NCBI GenBank assembly: GCA_016203305.1
Contig: JACQMY010000039.1
Location: forward strand, 1-50,708
Direction of reading: 5' to 3'
From: Candidatus Woesearchaeota archaeon
GTDB lineage: Archaea > Nanobdellota > Nanobdellia > Woesearchaeales > ARS49
Length of the DNA stretch: 50,708 nucleotides
Of the stretch, positions 27,753 through 37,730 are shown in pieces. Numbering within the stretch: position 1 is the first letter of the stretch; each line of letters begins with the position of its first letter. The position numbers were made by a program, and so were the translations under genes. The notes under the pieces were generated by a model. It saw only the letters and a program-made list of their open reading frames with translations, was not told the DNA's origin and did no database searches.

Positions 27753-28445
27753 TCATTTTGGATAATACTTCTTCAACACGTTATGCTTATCCGATGCCAA
27801 CTTTACATGCTCAGGCAACAAAACAGACTTCCACGACTTCCTTGACACAGCATATGCTGGCCCATCAGGAACCTCAACAGAATACTCAAAATAATCATCA
27901 TACGGCATCTCCCAACGCATCATTTCACTCACTGACGCCTTTTCAAAATATCTCCTAAAAGGACGCATGCTGTTCCCATGCGCAGAAATCGCAACATTAA
28001 GCTTGTGTTTTTTAATGAAAGCAAGCAAGTCCTTTATGAAAGAACGAACCCTTGCTTCCACCATCCTAACACTCTCTCCACCTGGCGGCGGGAAATCATA
28101 CGCACGATGGTACTTCTCATACAAATCCTTGCCAAACTTTCTAATAAAAGCATCATGCGAGTGTCCCTGCAACTCACCATAACAACGCTCAATCATACGA
28201 TCATCACGAAAAACACCTTTACATTCAGGATGGAAACGCAACACTTCCTTCAAGGTATGTTTGGAACGAATCAAACTTGAAGAGAATGCAACATCAATAC
28301 TCTTGTGTTTCAACTTTCTCGCAGTCATGCGCGCGTTTCGATGCCCCTTACCCGTCCAATCAGCATCAAGCCAGCCAGTAAAACGCTTACGCTTGTTAAA
28401 ATGCGTCTGACCATGACGAAACAAATAGACATTCACCCTTTTCAT
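27753..28445 (-). CDS. gpmA: 2,3-BPG-dependent phosphoglycerate mutase
   Basis: RHGQT..FTGWLD, ERCYGELQG, PPGGES, AHGNSMR. Confidence 0.88.
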   Translation of the reverse strand: MKRVNVYLFRHGQTHFNKRKRFTGWLDADWTGKGHRNARMTARKLKHKSIDVAFSSSLIRSKHTLKEVLRFHPECKGVFRDDRMIERCYGELQGHSHDAFIRKFGKDLYEKYHRAYDFPPPGGESVRMVEARVRSFIKDLLAFIKKHKLNVAISAHGNSMRPFRRYFEKASVSEMMRWEMPYDDYFEYSVEVPDGPAYAVSRKSWKSVLLPEHVKLASDKHNVLKKYYPK

Positions 28446-28482
28446 CACCAAACGCTACGAATAGCAGTAAATAAATGTTGTG

Positions 28483-28627
28483 GCGGCAATTGGCTATTAG
28501 GTTATAGGATGAAGGACGTGGGTTGTAGGACGAAGGCTATTGGCTATTAGGCGTTAGGTTGTAGGAATTAGGACGTAGTGTGCAGGATGAAGGGCGAAGG
28601 TATTAGGTTGAAGAACGAAGACCGTTG
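28483..28627 (+). repeat. Longest degenerate 7-mer tract (~20 units)
   Basis: gttatag gatgaag gacgtgg gttgtag gacgaag gctattg...gttgaag aacgaag. Confidence 0.85.
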
Positions 28628-28684
28628 CAAAACAATCATTCCACAACAATAAAACATTTAAAAGAAAAGCTTAGAATTACAAAC

Positions 28685-29161
28685 ATGGACAACTGGGAAC
28701 GCACACTAGTCATCGTCAAGCCACATGCGATGCAACACGCGGGATTGATTATCAACCAACAACTTACACAAGTAGGATGCCTGAAACTAGAGCGAGTTGT
28801 TGAAACCGTGCCTCGCGATCTTGTTGCGCGCCATTATGCAGTTCACGACGGAAAACCATTCTACCCTCTGCTCATCGAGCAGTTCGAAGGCAGACGAGTC
28901 CACGTCGCAGTCTACGAAGGACCAGATGTCATAAAAAACATACGCGACAGACTCGGACCAACAGACCCTGCAAAAGCGCGACAACTTGCAAGAGAAACAG
29001 GACGCTCATTCGTCCGTGCAATATACAGCGATCCAGAAGAAAGCATGGAACGCGCAAAACGAGAAAATAGAGCGACAAACAACGTCGCACACGCAAGCGA
29101 CAGCAAGGAATCAGCAGACCACGAGATTGGCATCTGGCTCCCTAGCTATTTCCAACGCTAA
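28685..29161 (+). CDS. ndk: Nucleoside diphosphate kinase
   Basis: ERTLVIVKP, HYAVH.GKPFY, GPTDP, NVAHASDS. Confidence 0.92.
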   Translation: MDNWERTLVIVKPHAMQHAGLIINQQLTQVGCLKLERVVETVPRDLVARHYAVHDGKPFYPLLIEQFEGRRVHVAVYEGPDVIKNIRDRLGPTDPAKARQLARETGRSFVRAIYSDPEESMERAKRENRATNNVAHASDSKESADHEIGIWLPSYFQR

Positions 29162-29214
29162 CTCAAACAATTTTGAGATACCTGCTTAAATATAAGTGCC
29201 AGTCTACAGTTTCT

Positions 29215-29925
29215 ATGGAACACGAAATCGAGCGCAAAATCATCCTGAAACTCATACACGCACCAACAGCAAGCTTTAACGAGCTCTGGGGTAAAGAAGG
29301 AGAAAGCAACACGTTCGCATACCACCTAGGCAAACTAGAAGGCAAAGGACTTGTTGTCAAGAATAAAGAAGGGACATACCAACTAACAGAAGAAGGACGC
29401 AAACTATCAGCATTCATCGAAGGAGACACAGGCAAACGCGCAGAATTCCCAATATTCAGCAACGTATTGCTCGTTCAAAACGGCAACAAATGGCTCTGCC
29501 AGAAAAGATTAAAAGAACCATTCTACGGCTACTGGGGATTTGCAAGCGGCAAAATAAACTTCGGCCAGAATTTGTACGAATGTGCAACAAGAGACCTCAA
29601 AGAAGAAGCAGGGCTAGACGCCACAACCTGGCAGCTAAAATGCATAGAACAAGTCAAAACCTACGAGAAAGGCAAGCTCATACACCACCACTACCTATTC
29701 CACCTCTATACGCAAGATGCAACCGGAACAGTCAAAGAAAAAACCCACAAAGCAGAACACGCCTGGCTAACACTCGACGAATACAAACAAAAAGAAACAT
29801 TCCCATCAGAAAAATTCTTCGACCACATTATTCCAGCCAAACGAGCAATCCTAATGGAAGCAGAAAGGTTCATGGAAAATGGAAAGTTTGTCGGGTTCAA
29901 GACTATAAAAGTGAATGAACTCTGA
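29215..29925 (+). CDS. wHTH-Nudix fusion protein
   Basis: FNELW..FAYHLGKL..YQLTEEG HTH; GKINFG..RDLKEEAG Nudix box. Confidence 0.85.
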   Translation: MEHEIERKIILKLIHAPTASFNELWGKEGESNTFAYHLGKLEGKGLVVKNKEGTYQLTEEGRKLSAFIEGDTGKRAEFPIFSNVLLVQNGNKWLCQKRLKEPFYGYWGFASGKINFGQNLYECATRDLKEEAGLDATTWQLKCIEQVKTYEKGKLIHHHYLFHLYTQDATGTVKEKTHKAEHAWLTLDEYKQKETFPSEKFFDHIIPAKRAILMEAERFMENGKFVGFKTIKVNEL

Positions 29926-30007
29926 ACAAATCCGAAAACTATACTGCTAACTTGTAAACTTTCCGGATTTCTCGTTGATGAGTATATTAATGAATAAAAA
30001 AGAAAAC

Positions 30008-30235
30008 GTGCCTGCGTGAGTCTGCAAACGGATAAAGCTATCCGCCCTCACCCATACGATAAGCATTAAACACCTGTTAAAACCGTTGGAAGAGTGAGTT
30101 CAAAACAGTCCCACAACGTGATGCTTCATTTAGGCAATAGCGCTGTTGGAAATGCAACAATGCGCAAAATGCATATTTTTGCTTCAGCTTCCAAAAATCG
30201 AGGTTCAACTCCTACACCATCATGCTGACACAGTA
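30008..30235 (+). ncRNA. Candidate structured RNA or degenerate tRNA-like element
   Basis: No ORF; TATA-like TATATTAA upstream; several stems; AGG-TTCAACT-CCT T-arm-like motif. Confidence 0.3.
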
Positions 30236-30236
30236 G

Positions 30237-31364
30237 TTAACTGTTCTTTCCGAGTTCTTTGAAATACATCGCAGAACTCTTGTTTAAGATAATTTTCCAA
30301 AACCCAGAAGGTCTACCGTAATGTGGTCCACTAAAAGAGTGTCCGGCTAATTCCAATAAAGCAGCTAGCTTTTTTTCATAGGCTCGTCCATGAGCCCAGA
30401 CACTAGTATTGATGTGTTTCCCATCATAACTCCTATCCAAACTCGCCACTTGAATTATTCCTAAAAGAAAGTGGTTCATTGTTTCAGTTGTCCATGCAAT
30501 GTCTGGCAAGGTTGAAACTCTTCCTGTTGCGAAGGGAAAATTATGTGCTTTATGCAAAAATGATGTTATTGCACGCGACCCTTTGTGAAGTACGAGTCCT
30601 TCAAGAGATGCATACTCCCTTGGAAGAACAGAATAAGACTCAGTATTATCTTGAACATCCATTTTGTTGTCTCGCACACCAAATTCAACATTAAAAGTTC
30701 GCTCGGCAAGCGGTTTCACATAATTCAATGACAGGTCTCTACTTTTTTCCCGAAAAGCTAGCCCCAATTCATGAGCTCCGCCTTTCTTTCTTAAACGACC
30801 TGTTGCCCAAATGTAACCGAAAAGTCTTGCAATGTTCCCATCTACTTCTTCTGGCAGGGGCAGACAAATTCCTTCTTGCCAATCAAATGAACTGATATTT
30901 ATACCAGGATACACTACTCTGTCAGAAACTTTGACGAGTTCAGTATCGTTTACCTCATATCCTTGCAATCTATGAAGATTGCTTCTGTTACATCCTGTTT
31001 CAATACGCAGTAAATGAGAGCATGGCATCCGCAGTTTTTTTAATTCACTACGTCTTTCCTTATAGTGATCAGCAATACTGTAAGAAATTTGACGTCTTAG
31101 TCTTCTACAACATAATTCATCAGTTTGCTCACATCCCCACTGCTCTTTAAACACAATCATTGCAATGTCTGAAGAAGAAAAACTTTGAAAACCTGCTTTG
31201 GCGCATATCCTTGAAGCGGCCTTGATTTTATCAATCAGTTGTGTTTCTCTAGAAACATCATTCAGTTCTTCATCAAAAATTCCCTTCCCAGTCAAATAAT
31301 TATTTACTTGTTCTGAAGACCACTGGTAACAAATACCCTGCACATGATCTTTCACTCTTGGCAT
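30237..31364 (-). CDS. Hypothetical protein with degenerate LAGLIDADG-like domain
   Basis: ARLFGYIWATG and HFLLGIIQVAS helices about 100 aa apart. Confidence 0.55.
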   Translation of the reverse strand: MPRVKDHVQGICYQWSSEQVNNYLTGKGIFDEELNDVSRETQLIDKIKAASRICAKAGFQSFSSSDIAMIVFKEQWGCEQTDELCCRRLRRQISYSIADHYKERRSELKKLRMPCSHLLRIETGCNRSNLHRLQGYEVNDTELVKVSDRVVYPGINISSFDWQEGICLPLPEEVDGNIARLFGYIWATGRLRKKGGAHELGLAFREKSRDLSLNYVKPLAERTFNVEFGVRDNKMDVQDNTESYSVLPREYASLEGLVLHKGSRAITSFLHKAHNFPFATGRVSTLPDIAWTTETMNHFLLGIIQVASLDRSYDGKHINTSVWAHGRAYEKKLAALLELAGHSFSGPHYGRPSGFWKIILNKSSAMYFKELGKNS

Positions 31365-31522
31365 GAATTTAAGACTGAAAGGTTATTTATAAACCTTTGT
31401 ACTTTTACTACTCGTAGATGGCAATAGACAGCTTAATTTCCTCTGGCTTCTTAATCGATTGAAAAACTCGTTCTTTTCGCAAGGTTTAAATATAAGTATG
31501 TTCTTATTAGGTATAAGTGTAT

Positions 31523-31810
31523 ATGAAAATGACAGAGCTTGCCCAACTAGAAAAACCAGAATCAGAACATTCACCTACGTTGAATACTGTTCTTATGGTA
31601 GAGGAAACGCTCAAGAAAACTGGCGAATTAGTAACGCTTGCGGAATTAAAGCGCAGGCTTCCCAGACAAGTCATGCACGCTACTCTTCTGACTATTCTTG
31701 ACTACTTGCAATTGAGTGGCAAAATAGTTATCGGAACAAAAGGAATTCTTTGGGTGTTCACTGAAAGGCCAGAACTTGATCGTCTCATCAAGGAAGGGCT
31801 CGAATTGTGA
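31523..31810 (+). CDS. wHTH protein, probable antitoxin
   Basis: PTLNTVLMVE..ILDYLQLSGKI; overlaps the RelE-like gene. Confidence 0.75.
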   Translation: MKMTELAQLEKPESEHSPTLNTVLMVEETLKKTGELVTLAELKRRLPRQVMHATLLTILDYLQLSGKIVIGTKGILWVFTERPELDRLIKEGLEL

Positions 31811-32163
31811 AACCAGTTAGAACCATCATGCAGGGCCAGGCAAAAGAATCATTTGAAAACCTCAACAAGATCGTTGGCGAACAAATCACCAAAGGCATGC
31901 AGAATTCTGACGAGATACAATTATTGAATTCAATCAAGCAGAAAATTGAGCTTGTCAAACAAAATCCATTCTACGGCGACAATATCAAGAAACAACTCAT
32001 TCCGAAAAACCTGAGCGTGCCAAACCTCTGGCGGGTCGAACTCTCGCAGTTCTGGAGAATGCTATACACTATCAGAGGAGATAACATAGAGATCATCTGT
32101 TTCATTCTACACATCATTGATCACCCAACATATGACAAACTATTCGGCTACAAAAAACAATAA
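31807..32163 (+). CDS. RelE/ParE-like toxin
   Basis: NPFYG..NLWRVEL..WRMLYTI..DH..YDKLFGY. Confidence 0.7.
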   Translation: MKPVRTIMQGQAKESFENLNKIVGEQITKGMQNSDEIQLLNSIKQKIELVKQNPFYGDNIKKQLIPKNLSVPNLWRVELSQFWRMLYTIRGDNIEIICFILHIIDHPTYDKLFGYKKQ

Positions 32164-32256
32164 TTTCTCACATCAATATTTGAACGAACAGTAAACACCA
32201 GCGCAGAAGCCAGGAGTTTCCCGACTGTTTGAAATGAGTTTTTGGAAGACCGAGTA

Positions 32257-34050
32257 TTACAACTTATCCACTGCCAAATTATGCGCCTCGATATATCTCG
32301 TGACAAAGCTCTTCCAGTCAGCAGTTGCTGCAAGCTGTTGCGCGACAACCTTATTTTCAACCCTTTCTTTTGTAGAGAAATGAACAAAACGACTCATCGC
32401 GTCTGTCAAGGCGCCTACAACATCTTCACGAGACTTCCCCAAACGAGGAATTACAAAAACGCCAGGATACTTGCCCTGTTTGCACTCCTGACACAAATAC
32501 CTGCCAAAACCAGCCAGGTCTGTTGTAACACTGCTAACGCCCAACGCAGCTGCCTCAAGAGGAGTATAACCCCATGGCTCGTAATAACTCGGAAAAACAC
32601 CAAGATGCGCGCCCTGCATGCTCTCATAATAACTCGTGTCCAACAAGCCATCAGCACCTGAAAGATAAATCGGATAAAATATCACTTTCACCGGATCGTC
32701 CTTACGATTCAACAAGCCGGCCTTCTTGAACCCGTTCAGAATAGCATCAGACTGCTCGTTATCCAACTCGTGAGTGCTCAACGGAGGCAAGCCTTCGCGT
32801 TTCAAACGGCGCAACTTAGGCTTAAGCTCCTGCATAAAGTCCTCGGAAAGCAAGCCATCTTTTGAAAGATCCTGGCCGGTTACAAGCAAGTAAAGCAAAC
32901 GACTATGAATATCCTCGTGCGCATCATTAACAGACTCCTGAACGTCGCGGAAAAACGCCTTGCTCTCCAACAACTCCTGACGAATGCTTTTCACAGCGCC
33001 AGGAATCCAGAAGAAAGCAACAATGGTCTTTTCACACTTTTCTTTTTTTAACTGCTCATTCAACCGTGAAAGCCCCTCTATGAAAACATCAACACCCTTA
33101 TCATGGAATTCATAACGGCCCGCAAGAAAATAGATGAGCACGTTGTCAATATCGAAGTAATAGTACGGGAAAAAGTACACCATCAAAAACTGCTTTATAC
33201 GATTCTTCAACAACTTATGCTTAACAGAAGCCTCCTCAAAGGTAGGAAATTTTGCTATGTTAAGTCCGTTAAACAACAAAACATCTGGCTTACGGCCGAG
33301 AAAGTGCTCCGCCTCCAAGCCAGTAATCTCGCTCACAGTCGTGAAAACGTGCGCCTGCCTTGCACTCTGCTTTTCAACCATGTGCTTAGCCAAGACAGAC
33401 GAGCCAAGACGCCGTGCTTCCTCATCAGGCTTTATCCTTTTCAACTCATCATAAATATCCCGTTCCTGCATTGCAAGCGAACGGCCCAATGTTGTCGCGT
33501 GAGTTGTAAATACTGTTCCAACCTTTACATTCTGCTTGCGCAAATACAAAAGACCAGCACCAGCAAGCCACTCATGAAACTGTGCAACAATCGCCTTCCC
33601 TTTGTAAACCTTGCTTAACTCCTCAATCAACCTGCCAACTGCATATGACCAAATGACTGGCTCGTCAAAATCAAAAAACTCAGTAAACAAGCTGTCAACC
33701 TGATACCACTCCCATAACTTGCGTTTGACATCATTCTTTTGCGCTGAAAACTTAGAAAAATCAATCAACATCACGCGCGGATTACCCTGCGTCAGCCACG
33801 TGCCACAGTGCACTTCTATGCCATCCTTGCGCAAAGCATCAAAAACTCCCTTGCATTCATCAGGAGGAACGTGTTCGTCAAAGATGCCAAAAACCTTCTT
33901 TGGAAAATAAGGGCCAACAAGCAGGTAATTCTCACCATAAAACTGCTGCATAGGCAAAATCTTGCTCTGCACAACGGTAAAAATGCCGCCAACCTTGTTG
34001 CAAACTTCCCAAGAAACCTCAATACAAAGATCTGCTTTTGGCTCGGCCAT
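32257..34050 (-). CDS. Glycogen synthase, GT3 family
   Basis: EVSWEVCNKVGGIFTV, FHEWLAG, FTTHATTLGR, GRYEF..KG, PSYYEPWGYTP. Confidence 0.93.
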   Translation of the reverse strand: MAEPKADLCIEVSWEVCNKVGGIFTVVQSKILPMQQFYGENYLLVGPYFPKKVFGIFDEHVPPDECKGVFDALRKDGIEVHCGTWLTQGNPRVMLIDFSKFSAQKNDVKRKLWEWYQVDSLFTEFFDFDEPVIWSYAVGRLIEELSKVYKGKAIVAQFHEWLAGAGLLYLRKQNVKVGTVFTTHATTLGRSLAMQERDIYDELKRIKPDEEARRLGSSVLAKHMVEKQSARQAHVFTTVSEITGLEAEHFLGRKPDVLLFNGLNIAKFPTFEEASVKHKLLKNRIKQFLMVYFFPYYYFDIDNVLIYFLAGRYEFHDKGVDVFIEGLSRLNEQLKKEKCEKTIVAFFWIPGAVKSIRQELLESKAFFRDVQESVNDAHEDIHSRLLYLLVTGQDLSKDGLLSEDFMQELKPKLRRLKREGLPPLSTHELDNEQSDAILNGFKKAGLLNRKDDPVKVIFYPIYLSGADGLLDTSYYESMQGAHLGVFPSYYEPWGYTPLEAAALGVSSVTTDLAGFGRYLCQECKQGKYPGVFVIPRLGKSREDVVGALTDAMSRFVHFSTKERVENKVVAQQLAATADWKSFVTRYIEAHNLAVDKL

Positions 34051-34289
34051 ACAAGGACAGAAGGGAACTGTTTAAAAAGGATTATTAACCACTATTGTGT
34101 GATAAAATTCCGCAAGGTTAATAAATGCCCCAAAAAAAGGAAGAAATATGAAAAACCAAAACTCGCAATCACGGGCGGTAAAGCGTAATGAGGCTAAAAA
34201 GGACCTGGTTTGCCAAAAAAAACTCAAAAACTCCTTCAATTTTAACCTTTCAAAAGCAAGCATAAAAGAAACACGCACACTATAAACCC

Positions 34290-35693
34290 ATGGCAGAAAA
34301 CCAACATCACGACACCAGAAAATTCACATTTTCAGGACAAAAAGCATTCTTTTCAGCGCCACCTAGGAGAGGAGACCCAAACGATGCAAAACGCATGAAA
34401 ACAGAACTATGGGGCAGACTAGGACAGATAATACCTGAAGGCGACGAAGGCGGCCAAGTATTCAAACCAGTAGAACACCCTGCTTTCCTAATGGCAAAAC
34501 TAAACTGGGCAGATGGAGAACAAACAGACTTTGAAGAAATCGAAATGGAAGGAGACGGCTGGCTACTGCAAGTAGAGGAACCAAAAGAAGAGAAACCTGA
34601 AAGACCAACCAGCCGCATAAAGCCAAAATGGATCTTTCAACTCCAAGATATTGTAACAGACCCCAACTGGCAAAAACTTGATCGCGATGGCACATTTTTC
34701 AACGCACCAAAAATACCAAGCCACAAGATAGATTCTGCTCGCTATCTAAAACGACTAACAAAAGAAAAAATCCAGTTCGTAAGCGACATGGCAAACATAG
34801 CGCCGGGAACTCATGGATATGAGAAAATAGATGATTGCTATGCAGACAGTCTTGGCAGACTACGTGACAAGGCATTCAACGATGGAAAAGCCCAATACAG
34901 GCTGAGTTTTCTTAAACTAGAAAATGACGCAATACCCCTAATACTTGCTCTTGCAGAACTTCACACTTTTGGAATGGCAGATGATTCAGCAAACCTAGAA
35001 AAAAAAGTACAACAAGCCATCCGAGACTCAAACATCACATACCTGATCGGGGAAGAAACACAACGCCACTTACAATCCAGCAACGCACAATACCTGCGAC
35101 TGCGCTCAACCGACTATGACGTTCCTGACTTGCTAACAAGCATAGGCATTGACGAACGCGAAAGCCTAAGGTTAACTCTTGAAAACATTTGCAAACAAAC
35201 AATGGCGTTCAGAGCAGCCCCCGGCTCTGCAGAATACCCAGAAGAACTCGGCAAACTCCTTCCACGAATACTTGAACTATACGGACTAACACACCCCGCA
35301 CGCGAAGGAATGAACTGGCTCATACCTGAACGAGAAACCACGAAAAACGTCTCCACACTAAACAAAATCGCACGCGTCTTTATCGGCTACTTTGGACACG
35401 AAAGAATGCCAGATGGAAGAAAACTCATCGATGCATACGCTGAAAGATGGGGACAAATTGACGGCGCACTTGCACACGTAGACAGAACTATTTTTCACAG
35501 CGCTCCTTGGCAAAATATTTACAACGCAGGAATCAAACTCACAATCCCCGTCGCAGATATAGACCAAATAGTCAAAAGCATAGAAGAAGTCGGCTATAAA
35601 CCTACTCTAAAACCGCTCACAACAAAACACGGCATCTACGCAAGAGTACAATACACAAAAGGCCAAGAAATTGGGCTCTGGCAGCCAACTTAG
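34290..35693 (+). CDS. Hypothetical protein (467 aa)
   Basis: Long ORF with host-like codon bias; no recognised motif. Confidence 0.75.
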   Translation: MAENQHHDTRKFTFSGQKAFFSAPPRRGDPNDAKRMKTELWGRLGQIIPEGDEGGQVFKPVEHPAFLMAKLNWADGEQTDFEEIEMEGDGWLLQVEEPKEEKPERPTSRIKPKWIFQLQDIVTDPNWQKLDRDGTFFNAPKIPSHKIDSARYLKRLTKEKIQFVSDMANIAPGTHGYEKIDDCYADSLGRLRDKAFNDGKAQYRLSFLKLENDAIPLILALAELHTFGMADDSANLEKKVQQAIRDSNITYLIGEETQRHLQSSNAQYLRLRSTDYDVPDLLTSIGIDERESLRLTLENICKQTMAFRAAPGSAEYPEELGKLLPRILELYGLTHPAREGMNWLIPERETTKNVSTLNKIARVFIGYFGHERMPDGRKLIDAYAERWGQIDGALAHVDRTIFHSAPWQNIYNAGIKLTIPVADIDQIVKSIEEVGYKPTLKPLTTKHGIYARVQYTKGQEIGLWQPT

Positions 35694-35785
35694 AGCTGTG
35701 ACAACATAATCACGCCAATGCCAACAACAAGAGAAATCACTACAAACACCGTGTACAGCTCAAATGCTTCTCCATGATGATTCAT
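35690..35785 (-). CDS. 31-aa single-TM microprotein
   Basis: MNHHGEAFELYTVFVVISLVVGIGVIMLSQL with GAGGTT SD. Confidence 0.5.
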   Translation of the reverse strand: MNHHGEAFELYTVFVVISLVVGIGVIMLSQL

Positions 35786-35830
35786 AACAACCTCAGAAAA
35801 AACTAAGTTAAAAAAAATAAAAAAACGGGA

Positions 35831-36439
35831 TTAAACAGTCCCGCCCAATGTTGGAGCTTGGCAGCAGTGGCTCACACCAATGCTCTGCACATACTCCAAA
35901 ACTTCACGCGTTCTTCCAAACGCATCCGGCGACACACGGTCAGCTTCAGATGCCATGTCAGATACACGCATGCATGACCTGCCCATTGCGCCGTAGCTTT
36001 CAGCTTCCTGAACACTTGCTGGTTCAGTCATGCTTGGTCTGTTAGACCGCTCGGACATGAACTGGCACGCTGCCTTGGACGGAATCTCTGTCAAAGCGCG
36101 CTCGTATGTCTTTCGGTAGTCATACTGCTCTCCACGTGGATCGGCTGTTCCGCCGTAGCTTTCGCCACCCACTAGAGTGCCTGCACTACCAGGCCACTGG
36201 GCCGAGAACGGCTCGTCCAACCCTGACGGGTATTCACGAGCCCTACCGGAGAATGCCCTTGAGTACGGGTCCTGAACACCGCGGATCGCACCACCATATT
36301 CCTTTACGGATGGCAATGCAAACTCACCGACTGCCGCTTTCCGTGCACCTGTAAACAGGAGCACTAGGCCAACAATCGCGATGATAGCCACGATGCCAAG
36401 AATTACCAAGGCAACTCCTTTACCGCTTTCTTCTGCCAC
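35831..36439 (-). CDS. Pilin-like N-terminal TM surface protein (paralog A)
   Basis: KG-VALVILGIVAIIAIVGLVLLF, KEYGGAIR, 4 Cys; GAGGTGA SD. Confidence 0.75.
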   Translation of the reverse strand: MAEESGKGVALVILGIVAIIAIVGLVLLFTGARKAAVGEFALPSVKEYGGAIRGVQDPYSRAFSGRAREYPSGLDEPFSAQWPGSAGTLVGGESYGGTADPRGEQYDYRKTYERALTEIPSKAACQFMSERSNRPSMTEPASVQEAESYGAMGRSCMRVSDMASEADRVSPDAFGRTREVLEYVQSIGVSHCCQAPTLGGTV

Positions 36440-36527
36440 AACAAATCACCTCGTTTCGTTGTACTGTAGCGTTTGTACGCATTATTCCTCTGCTAACTTA
36501 TATAGTTTTCGTTCGACCAGTCGTACT

Positions 36528-37007
36528 TTACTGCTGGCCTGCGATACCGCCAACCAAAGGTTCATTGGGGTACACGCAAACTCCTGCCTTGTCGCCACCA
36601 GTGTCCACAATCGTGTAGCCACGGTACGCAAAGTAGCTTGCATCAACACCATTGTCCGAGCTGTGTGGCACAAGGAAACCGCCACGGCCGCACTTCGTCA
36701 ATGCTGAAGGAACATCACCAATCGGATTACGCTTCGGGTCACCCTGATAGTTCCAACTTGTGTGCAAATCATCACTGCTAGTCCAACCAGGATTCCAACC
36801 AGGACCAGGAACTTCTCCTGGAATGTTACGCGGAACACCACGACCAACCCAGTTCGGATATTCAACTTGCTTGATCGCTCCGCCATAAACACCAAGACCT
36901 GCAGAAGATTGCCCTTGAACCAACATCAAAACCAAACCAACAACTGCAACCACGGCCACAATGCCAAGAAGAACCAATGCGATACCTTTTTGCTGTGCTT
37001 CGTCCAT
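36528..37007 (-). CDS. Pilin-like N-terminal TM surface protein (paralog B)
   Basis: KG-IALVLLGIVAVVAVVGLVLML, VYGGAIK; GAGGTGA SD. Confidence 0.75.
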   Translation of the reverse strand: MDEAQQKGIALVLLGIVAVVAVVGLVLMLVQGQSSAGLGVYGGAIKQVEYPNWVGRGVPRNIPGEVPGPGWNPGWTSSDDLHTSWNYQGDPKRNPIGDVPSALTKCGRGGFLVPHSSDNGVDASYFAYRGYTIVDTGGDKAGVCVYPNEPLVGGIAGQQ

Positions 37008-37110
37008 TCAGTTCACCTCAATAATCGAATAGGCGCTTACAACTATTACGCCTCTTTTTTACACCAATATAGGATTATGTATACCAGAAGTATTTAAATG
37101 TTTCGTATTC

Positions 37111-37300
37111 AAACTTTTTAAAAAGTTTTGAAGAGCAACTACTCTTCAAAGCCCCGCCGAAATCTTCGTTTCGGCGCGGTTTGATCAAAGCGCTCCTCGT
37201 TCGGGCTCGAAGAAGCAAGTCATAGATGTTTTCGGAGAAAACATGTTTGCTACTCTTCTCTCGCTCTCACGATCTCGCGCAAGCCAAGTGCAGCAAAACC
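37111..37300. repeat. Cluster of tandem palindromes
   Basis: AAACTTTTTAAAAAGTTT; TTTGAAGAG/CTCTTCAAA; CGCCGAAA/TTTCGGCG; ATGTTTTC/GAAAACAT. Confidence 0.6.
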
Positions 37301-37307
37301 AGATGTT

Positions 37308-37730
37308 CTACTTCTTCAGACCACGCAAAATTAGAACTAAGACAGCCACAGTAATAGCCGCATCTGCAACATTAAAAACAGGCCAGAAATGCACGTCGAC
37401 AAAATCGATAACAGCACCATAATACAAACGATCAATCAGATTGCCAAAAGCGCCACCGAGCACTAAACCTAATGGGATCTGCTCCTTTGGAAACTCCTTA
37501 TGCTTTGCTATAATATAGACAACTACTGCAAGAGAGAACAGCAATAAAAACAACGATGCACTCTTGCCCAAGCCGAAAAGAGTGCCGGTGTTCAACATAT
37601 GAGTAAATGATACCAATCCAAAGTTTACATCTGCACCAAGAGGCAACAAAGAAACAACCAACAACTTAGAAACACGATCAAGAACAAAAACAACAATTGC
37701 AACGCCCCAGAACTTCACAAGCCTTTCCAT
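37308..37730 (-). CDS. lspA: Lipoprotein signal peptidase II
   Basis: [34 protein letters not shown] (both catalytic Asp present). Confidence 0.92.
   Translation of the reverse strand: MERLVKFWGVAIVVFVLDRVSKLLVVSLLPLGADVNFGLVSFTHMLNTGTLFGLGKSASLFLLLFSLAVVVYIIAKHKEFPKEQIPLGLVLGGAFGNLIDRLYYGAVIDFVDVHFWPVFNVADAAITVAVLVLILRGLKK

Noticed and set aside
28305-28550. 81-aa ORF, and similarly 27692-27958 and 45387-45917
   Set aside because: Translations of heptamer tracts or antisense to real genes.
28483-28627. Possible CRISPR array
   Set aside because: 7-nt period with no repeat-spacer structure and no cas genes in the window.
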